A stretch of 64,000 nt of DNA. Source: Hydrolagus colliei (lineage: Eukaryota). The position numbers and the translations under genes were made by a program. Shown here in pieces: positions 1 through 13,300 of this stretch. Where the stretch lies: contig CM068749.1 of assembly GCA_035084275.1 (NCBI GenBank), positions 18,166,001 to 18,230,000 on the forward strand. Reading direction: 5' to 3'. The notes beneath the pieces are model-generated. The model did not search any database. It was not told the origin of the DNA and saw only the letters and a program-made list of their open reading frames with translations. Every line of letters starts with the position of its first letter. Positions within the stretch are counted from its first letter, which is position 1.

Positions 1-2
1 AC

Positions 3-23
3 AGAGAGAGAGAGAGAGAGAGA
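3..23. repeat. (AG)n microsatellite; others near 3300 (CA), 5055 and 6390-6467 (CT), 7385-7425 (TG/TC) and 7633 (AT)
   Basis: Directly visible. Confidence 0.9.
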
Positions 24-600
24 CTGCAGACCTGTAAGCAATGCCCTCTTGTAGGCAAGCCTTAATAAGTTTTTGATGTGTCGAATCAAACGCTCGCCAG
101 GAGGCGGATAATAGGAAGTGTGATCTTTATATTTCTGAACATTGCGGGAGAGCCTGCGCCGTAAGATGTTAGCAACGGGCGGGTCTAGTAATCTTGTATA
201 ACATATAAAGGTCTAATTTGAAACAGGAAATTGCTAAGTCCTAAAGTCCTGCATCTGAAAGTATTTTATTTCACTGGTGACAGTGAAATAAAATGATAAG
301 ATAAGACACAATAATAAATTACAAAGATCAATAATATAAGCCAGGAACAACGGCCGTGTTGTCATGTAACAGAATTTTAAGACCACAACCTCCCTTTTTT
401 ATTCTTCCCCCCTCATTGATCGAGCTGCTAGTTCACAAGCCATTTTTAATAAATTTAGAATAAAATGAAAAGCGATTTCTGGCCTGCTGCTGCCTGATGT
501 TGGTTTACTTTATATTGAGTAAGTTACCGTGATGTTGACATGAAAACACAATTAAATTGGTGCCAATTTACACAAATTCTGGTAGAGACAGTATTCTGTT

Positions 601-708
601 ATAATAATAATAACAACCATAATAATAATATCCCTTGCATTTGATATTGCGCTCTTCGCGTCTTCTAGACGTCTCAAAGCGTTTCACAGAATATACTGTA
701 AAGTAAAC
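601..708 (-). mobile_element. SINE 3' tail fragment
   Basis: Reverse complement CTTTACAGTATATTCTGTGAAACGCTTTGAGACGTC...ATCAAATGCAAGG(ATT)n matches the 46162 tail. Confidence 0.8.
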
Positions 709-3700
709 AGGGTCCCAATGTCCTCTGTTTGGCTAAAACGTCCAGAAAGAGACCTGAGAACATGGACTGCTTAAAAAGGACTGAAGATTGCAAGTGTGCG
801 TTCGTTTCGTTCAATTCATTAGGACTGACTTGGGGGCAGAAATGAAATGAAATGCAATGCAATGCAACGCGTGAAGAAAAGCTGTAAAAGCCTCTCTGGT
901 GACAGGTAGTAAGTAGAATATATAACAGGTGACATGTCCCAGGACGATCATGAAATTTACACGCGTTGTCAGCTCAGAGCTTTGGAATGAGCGGCCGGGG
1001 CCCCAGCAAAACAGCCTGGCATTAATCGCAAACCATTACAGTCCAAAAAAAACCCAGCCGCTGCCTAGCGCACAGCAATTTGTTTCACTTTTACTGCTAG
1101 CAGTTGCCAACTAGTAATTACAAACAGAGTTTGGGAAAACGTGACTGACTGACTGACTGAGCTGGATTGTTTACAGCGGATCGAGACCAAACATTGACAG
1201 AAAGGATTTGAGCAAAAAATTAAGTAATGAGACGAATATATATTATATATATATATACAATTATAGTAAATAACAAGGAGGGCGTTTTGTCCAACTGTTT
1301 TATTCGCATTTTAATGACACTGCCGGATGCAAAGAGGCGATGGCTGGTGGCAGGAACTATCCAAGGTCCTGCTTTCAAATCAAGGATCATCTCTTTGCCA
1401 GAGCTCACACAGACAATATGTGATGGGTTTTAAACTAAAGTTACCAACCCCGCTCTCTGTTTTACACACGTCCCCCGCACCCCCCCCCCCCCCCCACCCC
1501 CCACCAACCAATCTCACCCCCCACCCAAAAAAAAAGGTCACTTGTGTATTTTTTTTATAAGTAAATAAAATAAATGAAAAGATCCAGAGAAGTCACAAGC
1601 TGTACAGTTCACAGCCTCCAAGACAAAACACAAGGATGACTGAAATCAAAATGTCAAAAGTTATATTGTGGCATTAAAGTAATTAGAAAATCCACATATG
1701 TATAACTCACACACACATAAAACAAATTAACTCAGCAATTTTTTTTAAATTCCCTAAACATATACCACCGGACTCAACAAAATTCACTTTCTATCTGGAA
1801 ATATTGTATTATTAATTACACGCAAGTTTAGCCATATAATTAAGAGAAGGGCGCCTTGTACCCAGTTCCAAATGCAATATAATAAAATTATGTTAATGGT
1901 AGTTCTAAACCGGATTATTTTGTGGATAATTAATGATAAGCTTAATAGTAAGAGAGAATATTACTTTGTTGGTAAATGGTGTCAATTAAGGTGAAAAGAG
2001 GGTTTTCATTCCTGAAACACCCCCCAACAAAAATAAAAACATTGGGGGGGCGGGGAGAAAATGCCATGAAATCTGATTTTACAGGGCAGGTTACACACAC
2101 AGGAAGCTGTGAATTATCTTGCCAGAGTAACCTTTAGACTGAAATAATAGAGAGGAGTGGGTGGGGGGAATGAAACGTTATATTCAGATGAATATCGCTG
2201 GCAGCCTGCAGCTATCTGGTCAGGATCCTAACATAAGCCCTATCCAAAGTATACTTATATTTCTGTTTGTAACTCGAAAAAAAAACCGATATCTGCAATT
2301 TGTGTAAAAATATATCCTCAGTGTAATGTTACACTTGCTCAATCGTGGCGAGGGGAGGAGTGGGTGTGTGTGGGGGGGATAGGGGGGGGGGGGGGGCGCA
2401 TAGAAAATTCTTACACAAACTGAGGGTCATTTTATTATTTAAATAAAGATCACAGTCTAATTCTACCTTTAGTCCGAACATCAGCCACCGAGTGTTTCAT
2501 ATGAATAGTTATTTCATTCGAAAGAAACCTTGGTTTCTGATGTACCTAAAGTTGACTGTACATAAAGAAAAATATAGTATGTACAAATAATAAGACAATG
2601 AAGCCATTGTATCATACCATCCCATTTATATTTATATAGAAAGTTACGACAGATAACGTTATCTATTCTGGTCAAAGTCAATGCAAATCAATTAAATAAT
2701 TAATTGGTCAGAATTAGGTACGATTTAGATTTCAAAGATAAGGATATCTGTTGATCCCCATCCATATTCCAGTCAGTTATTTGGCAATCATCCATGTTGC
2801 TAAAAGAAAAAGTCGTTCCACTTAAGCCTTGGATATGTGCAGTATTTCACAAGTTATTCTATAGGTTTTGTACCGAGTCTGAGTTTAACATGTATTCCAG
2901 TATCGTGTCAACTCAGAAACATAGGGCAACACAGCAGATTATTCCCTAAACAAGCATGGAAGGATTCCCCCCCACCCACCCACCACCCTCCATTAAGATT
3001 GACACTGTATACAAGAAGGAAACTCTGCAATAAAACAAGCGAGTTGTCTCGAAAGCTTTGTGTGATTTTGTAAAGTGAGTCTGCGCCTGTTATCTTCACA
3101 TCGACTGTCTCTTTTATGTGTCAGATTCCTCTTTCCTGTTTCTGTCGCCTCTCTTCCCCAGTCATAGACTTGACGTGTTTCTCACTACCTTCACAATCAG
3201 GTCGCAATTATAAGGCAGTGCAAAAGAATGCTTATGCTTTAAAGAAGAGGTTTTTTAAAATCTCCACCCACCCCACCCCCCCACCCCCCTCTCTCTTACA
3301 CACACACACACACACAATTTTACCCTTCATTCATCTCTCGACTACATGAACAAATCCCAAGTAAGGCTAAAGAGTCTATAGTGTTTATATGGGAGTTGTA
3401 TTTTTTATTTTCTTAAATCTTCCCATCTGAAGTAGCATATTCTTTCTGCTGCTTGATTTCCACGTACTCGCAACTAATCTGTTTCCAAATACAACAGACC
3501 CATTGTCCTGAAAGGGAAAATAATCATTGAGATCACATCACCCATTTGAATAGAATCATCTCATTAAAAAATATTATTAATCACCAAAACCATACCTTGT
3601 ACTAAAATAAAGTCAGAAAGTAAAACAACGAATGCCTGTTGTGGCCGCATTCAAAGCAAAAGACCCGTTCGCTTCACAATACTATAGGCAAAATCCCAAT

Positions 3701-4769
3701 AGTATTTTAGCATTGACATAATGCATTTAAAAACTTTCTTACTACCTCAAGTGCTACTGTAAAATTAAATCGGGAATAACAAATGTCACAATTGACATCC
3801 AACTGGGTTGCTTGATGAAAGCTAATAAGTTTATAGCTCATTTCCCAAGTGGTTTCTTTGAAAAGTATTGGGTTCTTTCTAATTACATTAATAAGTATTT
3901 CAATTAAGTAGTTGAAGCTTTTTTGTAGGAACATAAGAACTTTTTTATATACCGTATATATAATGATGAAAACTGGAATTTAAGTCCCACACAAGGCTTC
4001 CTTTAAGATTATCTTTTTTTACAAAGGCTAAAATCACTATATACTTTCTAAAGTGTCAAACAGCACGTGCTTCCAATGTTCATAGGCAGAAGCAAAGTGT
4101 TTGTTTGTCCCAGTAAATCACTTGATAGGTTGTATTTGCAGGTAGCAATAACTGCGTACACAACCTTGAATGAGTATTTAATACGAGTTAAGACAAGACA
4201 ATTGCACCTTTATTTGCAGAGTGACTCCAGGTCGCAGTCACAGTCGAACTGAAGTTTTGAAATCCACTTCTATATTTCTTCAAAGCCCCATTAAAGTCAC
4301 AAATTCTTAAATTATTACCAAAGCATAGCAACTAATAACCTCTTGAAATCCCGGCACTAGTATTGCAGTTTCCCTGCATGCACATTGTGTAGGCATTGTA
4401 CCGAATGACTGTGAAAATGTCTATTGAAATTATGAACAATCGATTATTGAGACCTTTAAAATAATAATTTGAAAAGATTGGGAGTTAATAAATTATTTGG
4501 AAATTTATCTCGATGAATTATTTATTTGCGTCTAAGAAAAGCTTAATTTAGCTTAGTTTCTTTATATGGCAAATCGATATAGCTACAGTATTGGCCTAAG
4601 ATCCAGCAACAATAATTTAACACAAAATCTTGATGAACTGAAAGGTAAATCGTCTCAATATAACTTCATCGATGACATCCATATATGAACTTCGCCCTAA
4701 CTTCAATCAAAATGGAGTTTGACTTGTAAAGTAACTTGTAGAGTTGGATATTTGTGCAACACATTTACA

Positions 4770-5980
4770 CTATCTCTGTTTGTTGTAACCAAATTAATGG
4801 TAAACCATTGGATACATTACACCTTCAAAACTAAAGGGAAATTTTAGCTGATTATTGGGTGACGTCCAATCATGGAAAGGCTCAGGTTTGGGCAAGTCAC
4901 CCTGACATATCTGTTGCTCCTTATTTGTCTACTAGACTATGTGAATACTGGAGAGGACAGCTGCACATCGCAGCATTTAAAGTTTCAGAACTGAATCCTC
5001 TGTCCTGTCCCCAAAACAATCACATATTTTGCCAAGAGTGTCTCCACTTTTCTTTCTCTCTCTCTCTCTCTCTGGACTTCAGTTCTGCTACTTGATGTTT
5101 TCAATTAACATTTCAATCAATATAAAAACGTCCGAGATTGCTGAAAGTTCGAGAAAATGGAAACCAAATCAATCAATGGAACAGTCAATCCTTGAAACAG
5201 TTTTCCCTCAAATATTGGCCTTTGTACTTTAATATTTTATAGTGAGAAAGTGACAATTCATAATCAAGGCGACGATATCCACATATTACATTAACATATT
5301 GCAGTTTAGCTGTAAAATAGCGTTTTATTCCAATTCCTCATTGCAGTAATGTTTGAGTAAGAGATAATGCAAGTACCAATGCTGTTTTGAAAAAGCAGCA
5401 ATGTAGGATGCACAATGAACACTTCATTAATATTATTTGTAATATTTCTTAATATATAAAACTATTATAGCGCTCTTATCCATCTTATATGCATTATGCA
5501 TAAAAAGCTGGCAGGTACCACATTAAATTCCACTGATATTCCACTGATAGCAAAGACTATTTTTAATTGCGAGCAAACCCTAGTCTCCTGTAAATTTTGT
5601 GCCACATTCACACAAAAGGCATCATAGCGGAAGTAACTGCAAGTGACGTAAGAAGACAGCACATTTTAGCTTTAAAATCAAGTTATAATTTTTTGGGGGG
5701 GACAATCACTCACTCACTTGTTGCTGTGGTTCAAACATAATCCAAACTGCGCCATGTACATGTTGTAAAAAGGATATGCTATCAGATGGCACCTGGATGA
5801 AATCAAACTATCACTGGTGGGACTGCAGGGAAAGATTGGATGGGTGACAGAAAGTCACCATTAGATCAGTTCTAGATCTGGGCTGTTCACTGAATAAAAC
5901 TGAACTGGCCGAGTGGCAGCTAATTATTGCAGGTAATCGTACTCTTAAACTCGTTCAATGTAAGTCTGCAAACACACCAG
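4770..5980. promoter_or_regulatory. Cluster of candidate conserved non-coding elements
   Basis: Repeat-free blocks with TAAT, CCAAT, TGACGT and E-box (CATATCTG, CAGATG) motifs. Inference from composition and locus context. Confidence 0.35.
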
Positions 5981-6839
5981 CACCTAGGAATCTCCTCACA
6001 GTAAGTACTGTACTGTGTCCAGATGCTAAAGTTTTCTGAAACAGCCAATAACATTTTCTTTCAGGTTGCTTTTTTGTTGTTGTTGCAAACTAGCAGATAG
6101 GTGAATGCGACTCTTTCTGATGTGTTTTATTTTAGAAATATATGATTATATATATGTATATTTACATCTACATAATAATGTTGTATTAAAAAAAGTTGAT
6201 CTGACTATTTTAGTATCTGTCATTTTCCCAGCGTGTTTTCGAATCGACTGTTGTGCAGTCAAATCAAATCACTGGAATCAAATCCATTACCTGCCAATGT
6301 GTACCAGGCTCTGGAAGTCCTGCCTGACAATGAGTCCAGCTTCAGGCTGGAAACAGCCCATTCAATAGCCAATAACTCTCTCCTGTCTCTCTCTCTCTCT
6401 TTTCTCTCTCTTACCATCTTCAGAAAGGGACAGAAACTCCACGCTCGCTCGCTCTCTCTCTCTCTCTGATATTATCCTACATTAATAAAATGAGACGTGA
6501 TCTGGAAAGGTTTGGATCAGATGCTAAGGTCTGTACAGCTATTGGAAGATTACAAGCCCCCGAACAGTTAGTTTGTTTTGTGATCCGCATTCTATTTCCA
6601 GTGTGTAGGGGTTAGTTAGTGTGACAAAGAGATGAATGGTCTAAAATACCTCCCCGTATTATTTACACTCTTTTGACACAAACTGGAGATTACCTTGAAG
6701 ATACTAATCAATCTCGGCGCTAAATCTCTCCTTAATCATTCATGGTTAACGCATTTGTGCTGTTCGCCGGCCAGTCAGTGTTATGATTTAAAAGGTCGAT
6801 ACAATACTCCGAGATAGCGAATTGCAACGCGTCCGTATT

Positions 6840-6979
6840 NNNNNNNNNNNNNNNNNNNNNNNNNNNNNNNNNNNNNNNNNNNNNNNNNNNNNNNNNNNNN
6901 NNNNNNNNNNNNNNNNNNNNNNNNNNNNNNNNNNNNNNNNNNNNNNNNNNNNNNNNNNNNNNNNNNNNNNNNNNNNNNN
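6840..6979. other. Assembly gap (140 N)
   Basis: Run of n characters. Confidence 1.
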
Positions 6980-9629
6980 ACAAACACACGTGATATTGGC
7001 AATTTCCAATAAAAAAATAACTAGCAACAATTTGAATCAGATGAAGTGTACAATATATATTATACGTATATATTTTCTATGTTGATATATATATCAACCA
7101 ATTCATACTAATACCACTGCAGTGTTGGATCAAAATGATTTTAAACGTGTTACTTACTTTTAATGCCTAAGGTGTGATCTGTTTCACTGTTGTTGCGGTC
7201 AGCCCCTAGGCAGCCTGCACAAGTTACGGTAATATCCAGTGGAAGTGTAAGGTACAGAATCAGAGGTGAGTTTGACAGGCCTCCGGGGTTTCTCTAACGG
7301 GCTGTTCAAGGATGCGCCTAAACCGCAATATTGTATTGGCCCTACATTAAAAGGAGAAAGAACGCCTTTAGCACTGTCTGTCGGTGTGTGTCTCTGTGTC
7401 TGTGTGTCTCTGTGTCTGTGTGTATGCGTCTGTTTACCCCTGCGCTGTGGTGCGGATATTATTTTTGCAAAGGCAATTTTTTTTAATGACACTCACACCG
7501 TTTTTTTTGTTTTATTTTCAAAAAAAATCACAACAGGATTTTAAGAAAGAATTCTACAAGAAAGAAACACACCCAAAGCTATTTTACTTTGACTACATGA
7601 TCACCCACGACCATGGAAACGCGTTATTTTAAATATATATATATATATATATGTGTATACATGTATTTAAAAAATTATGTTTATTTAAAAACTACAGTGA
7701 TCCACGGTAAATCTATACGAGCGATAATATTTCTAATCATAAATGATGAATCACAAGAGGCATGCTGCGTGCACCTTATATACAGTTATGTAAAATGCAT
7801 ATTCACAAACCAAGGTTGTTGATATTATTCTTTTACAAACAACCTTACGGTGCTTTTCCAGACATATATATATATATACACAAATGACCCTTTCCATGCA
7901 AATGTAGACTGTCCTCTTGTGTTCAAACTGCAGATTTGCACGTCTCCCCGGCAAACCTTTTTATGACAAAGAGAAATGAAATAAAGTATGACAAACGCCA
8001 AGTGACATCTAACACAAGAGTGTTGAAAGAGAGGGGTGGGGGGGGGGGGGGGGAGAGAAAAACACAGATTTGCGGATGACTTGATTTAGATAATTTATTC
8101 TAAAATGGGCTGCATTTTGAAACGATCAATTAACACTCAAGGTGTGTGGTGCGATGTAAATTGTCACACTATTTCTTGCTGGGCAGTTTATTTGTACAAT
8201 TAATATGTATGGTTGCGGTACTATCTACCTACTGCGTTAGATATATGCTGCCCTACTCCTAAACATTAGATCTCTTATGTTATATCTAAACATGCGCTAG
8301 ACCGACTCGGTGAATATCTAATTTATGTATGTGTATGTGTGTGTGTATATATATGTATATATATATATTTAGTATACGTATAAATCTCACTCCATATTTA
8401 ATATGGAGTGTGTGTACATTCTGCTGGCGACAAGCAGCTAGAATGTAGTGCAAGCCACTTTCAGCTGTAGTATATATATATATTAAAAACACAAGAAGAT
8501 GTTTTATTTTTTGCAAGTTCCACTGTATCTCACGCAGACATCAAAATACAAAACCCGGTTTCCCCCTCAGTCTTTCCGAATGGTTTCTTATGTTTTGCTT
8601 GACCACTCATACTTACTGAAATGCAGGAGAGAAAGGAGGTCAGGCTTTGCTTGGGGATATGTGGGGCAGCTGTTTACTGACCAGAACCCCGTCACACCTA
8701 TCTCCGCTTCTAAAGGCATGCTTTAGCGAGTAATTAATAGGAAATAATGGTATCGCCAGAGGTGCTACACAGAGCCAGAACACAACACAATCTACAGAAG
8801 TCTCCAAATAATCATCCTTCATTTATTATTACTTGGATGGCTCTGCACCAAAGCTTCTTGCGTGATATTTCCAACGCTTTTTTTTCAAAATGACAAATAA
8901 ATTGTTGCCACTACATAACCACAGAAGAACAACAAAACAAAAGAGAGAAAAAACACAGGCATTCATCAGGCCACAGCACACTGCTCAGGAACTCTTCAAA
9001 CATTAATTAGGTCTTCATTTATCATCACAGAACTTGGATACCCCCGTATCAAACGCAATTTCTATGAAATTGACATCAGCCATGCCATCCCTTCACTGTA
9101 TAAAGGATGACATGGAGTTTGTTGGCATTACAGAGCCCCCCCCAAAAAAACAGATGAAATATAAAGACGCATTAGGAAAGTGTCACTTCAGTACACTGAA
9201 TCTAATCCAAACTAACGAACGACTTTCTTTGACTGAAGAGAGGAATGCAGAAAAAGACAGCCATTTGGTTTTTTTTTGCAATAATTCATTTACGATTGGA
9301 ATAAAAATAGAAGGTCAGAATTGTGTAGATGAACAAGCAGTTTGTTTTCTGCTCTTCACCACAGTGTTGTTAGTAACTATTGTAGACGTTTGCCAGATCT
9401 GATCCTAAATGCACTGATTCGCATTATTCCCTTGTTTTTAGAGTCCTGTCATGACACAAGATCAAGTCATCGATACAGAACAGAAACATGCATGTTGGAT
9501 TTTTTAAATATAATAATTATAATAACAAAACACAAACTATTCAATCTACAGTGTTTGCACTTAAACATTAAAATAAATCACTTTGGGATAATAAACAGTA
9601 AAACGCAACTCCATTATTTAGGGTATTTA

Positions 9630-10330
9630 GTGCTCTTTCTTGGGGAATAAAGAATGAGTGAATAAACCTCAATGTCAATACATTTAGCCTACTCGCAGTA
9701 TTCTGGCGCTGATACTTATAATAAAAATTGACTCTCATTGAATGTACTTGAACTAATGTCACTGATGAAACACAGGCATTTCTTGTTACAAAATCTAATC
9801 TTTCATTTAATACACTTGTAGAGACACGGTCGATGCTCTACCTTCGTCTGTAATTTGTAATCAAGAGCACAATTTAGTCATTTTGAAATACTAATTATCT
9901 AATCGTCCCACGCTTTAACAATTGCTGCATAAAATACGTGTCTGCCCAATTAGCTAAGACAATTATTAAAATTCTGAGCCTTAATTATGTCTCAATTTTG
10001 TACTGGCAAAATCGTCTTTAATGCAGTAATTAAAATCCTATCTGTACCTCTGCCTTCAGGGCACTCGGTGATTAGAACCTGTCAGGGGGTTGCACTCAAC
10101 CAAACCAGTGAAGCGTGTTGTGCAACATGACCCTGGATTGTTAAGTCTGTCAACATATTAACCTGAATTCCCCGCAGCCCCCGCGACCACGTTTGGTAGA
10201 TTAAAAGAAGAATGAGACAGAAAGCATTAAGCCAAATTGTACAGCCACCAATTTCTTTTAATTCCAGCGGAAGTTTGTGTATTTCAATGCGGTTCATTCT
10301 TACCGAGCTGCTCAATAAAACTCAGTAAAT
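9630..10330. promoter_or_regulatory. Candidate conserved non-coding element (developmental enhancer)
   Basis: Non-coding, repeat-free and complex, dense in TAAT/ATTA and ACAAT motifs, bounded by low-complexity runs. Conservation cannot be seen from one sequence. Confidence 0.4.
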
Positions 10331-13300
10331 TCTCCCCCCTCACCCACCCCCCAAAAATATTGTCATGACTAAATAGAGTGTTGGAAGTGGTAGACCAAAT
10401 CAAAGAAATATTTAATAGATATCCCTTTATTATGGGGGGGGGGGGGGGGGGGGGGAGAGAATCCTATTTTTAAATAATGTCAATGCAGTGTTGAGGTTAA
10501 TGTAAAAGTATCCAGGTGTCTACTAATACAAGTGATTAAACATTTAGCCAGATGTATTTCTAGCAAAAAAAACAACTACTTCGAAGGAACTTGAAATGAA
10601 AACGTGTGAATGATCTTGACTTGCAGAAAGTGTGAGATGTGTGTCTGCACAGCTGCCCTTCAGTACGGGTTCGGGTGATGCCCAAATGTGGAACGAAAAT
10701 GGACATTAACCAATGTAATTCAAAACTAAGGTTCAAGGTCAACTAACAATATGACTCAGCAATATGAGAAAACTGAAGAATATGTAATGGAATGTGTTCA
10801 GAATGGTTTTCACATAAAGTGTTTCAGAGGTCTTCCTTGAACCCCTCCCCGTAATATTTTGTTGGAATTTAGGGGATATCCGCCGGGAAAATGGAAAGGA
10901 TGACTTTGTAAATATTCATGCAAAACCACATGGATTTTAAATAATAAAATAACAATAAAAACAAGCCACTGTTTTAGGGTCAAAAACCGTGACTATGATG
11001 AGAAAGCAGCTAACTTGGGCGCCAAAAAAAAAAAATGGCTTTGGTCAAAGTCTTTTTCGGACAGAATTTGAAGTGCAAATCTATGTTCTGACTAGTGTGT
11101 GTTGGCTGTCAGCATGTTTTTCTCTTGTCAGCCCCGATTGACTGGTCAGGTTCACCTCTGTACACCACCTCTAACAGCTCATTGACAGACCAGTGACCCA
11201 ACCCAACCTGATAATGGAAACCTATCGATTTTTTTCCAGGCTCAAGGACTCGAAACTGACCGACTAGACTTGTGCCATCAGCTCTGGTGAACTTGGTAGC
11301 ACAGATTTGCAACGCACTCTTCCACTCAGCATACTTTGCAATATCGTAAATTACTGAAAATGATGATTTGTTATATATATATATATATGTATGTAGACAA
11401 ATATATAACCTGCTGACTCATTACCATGTTCTGACAGGCGAGTGCCATTTGATAACATCGTGTCATTTTGCTCGCCATCTGAAACGAGGGAGAGAAAACA
11501 TACACGCAAAATAATGTACATCGATACTGCCGAATAATGAATTAAAATAACTTGACTGAAATACTCCTAGCAGCACAGCTTACATTTACTTTCATCAAAT
11601 CGCACGCCCATTATTAACAAAACCCACGACAATCCACCCTCATTGTAAAACGCTGCTCTCTTGTGTTCTGTAATTAAGTTTTAAAAAATAGTGTTACCCC
11701 CCGACAAGCTTTAAACAAGCAGAAAACAACGCCACGACTTACAACCTACTGAACCTGGGGTGTTTTTGTATCCTATTCAATTAGGCTGTACAGTGCAGTA
11801 AATATAACACGGATTCGTGATCAAGGTAAATACATAACCACGTTTGATATCTATTTGGGATTACAGTCTGCATCATATTTCTAAAAACAAAAATGGGTAT
11901 ATTATCCGTGTTTCACTCAAAACACGGCGAAAATAAATATCTCTTTCCAGAATCCTTAAAAGCCCAACTTAAATCTACATTTTGGAAAAGTGTCCAGACG
12001 TTTTAGCCTTTCTCATCTTTGGGGGATTTCTTAGATATACAGTTTTGACTACAGTAAGTTCCCTGAGGGGTAATGTCATTATTTACAGACTTGAGTTTTT
12101 TTCTCTCTCTCTATATAGTGGGCTGTAAGGCCAGACTCGAAGCCAGATGGTTGGTGTACCAATCGCTAGGAGAAATGCGCCTTCTTTCTTGTCTCGGTCA
12201 CCATGCTGTCTTCAAATAGAATTTCGTTATGGTACTTAAATCACATTACATGTTCTTTTATTTAGTTTTCCATGTGTTGTTGTCTGGTCACAATACGACT
12301 TCTAACCTCATCTGGGCTCTAGCCCTGCTGTCATGTACTGATACACTCGATTCAACTAATGAAGCAGCCAAACAACGCAAACACCCTGAGTGAGAGGAGT
12401 CCTGTGTCACTTAATTAACACTTCCTTTACCCAACAAGCAAGTTAGTATCTAGACAGCCTTTCCGTATAAACATCATTTGACACGTTTCTAAAGCAGGCT
12501 GTTAGACAAACCTAGTTATTTTTTTTATTTTTCTTTCGCTGATAGTAAAAAAAACATTTCGCCTACAGATTTCTCTAATAGCTAAATACTTCACACAAAT
12601 CGGCATTATACAAATGTCACAAAACGCCAACGTAAACGTATCAATTTCGCAAAATAGAAGTTTTTTTAACACTAGTTGCCAACGAGGCAACGAGACCTGC
12701 CTTACTACATTATTAGGCACCTAACTGAAGATAAAACGAATCAAGCGAAAAGGCTTGTAACTTTTTTCTGCCAGAACATTAGATGTAAACATTTTGGGAG
12801 AAAATACATCAGAACTCCAGCTACCCTTTTCCTATTTCTCCCCCAACATTCAATAACACTGAAATGAAGTAACATAATTCCCGGTTTTAATATTTCTACA
12901 GATTTTATCTCAAATCCAGTTTTTCCACACCGGAATATTACAACACAAAAGCCCGCAGAGAAATCAAATGGTTTTGTTGCACCTAAGCAACAGTTCTGGG
13001 TTTTAGTTAAACACCTCCTAAACCATCTTAGAATATATTTATAAACGTGAATGCATTTGAATTGGTAGATAGGAATAAATCCGAAATGGATACGGTTTGG
13101 GTGTTCTTTAAAATAGGCTGTCAGAGGCAGGATGCAAACCTATTTATTCTGCCTATATGCCACGCATTTTGAATGTAGGAAACCCAAATGTTCCTGAAAG
13201 CTTCGTCCTATCCCAGTCTGGAATTAAAACAACTCCTTCAATTTCCATGGTGATCTACCATTTCCAGAAGCAAACTAGGAAAAGGGGGATGGGCTTCAGT

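Noticed and set aside
6732-7085. Four ORFs in the ORF track
   Set aside because: Artefacts of translating through the N gap.
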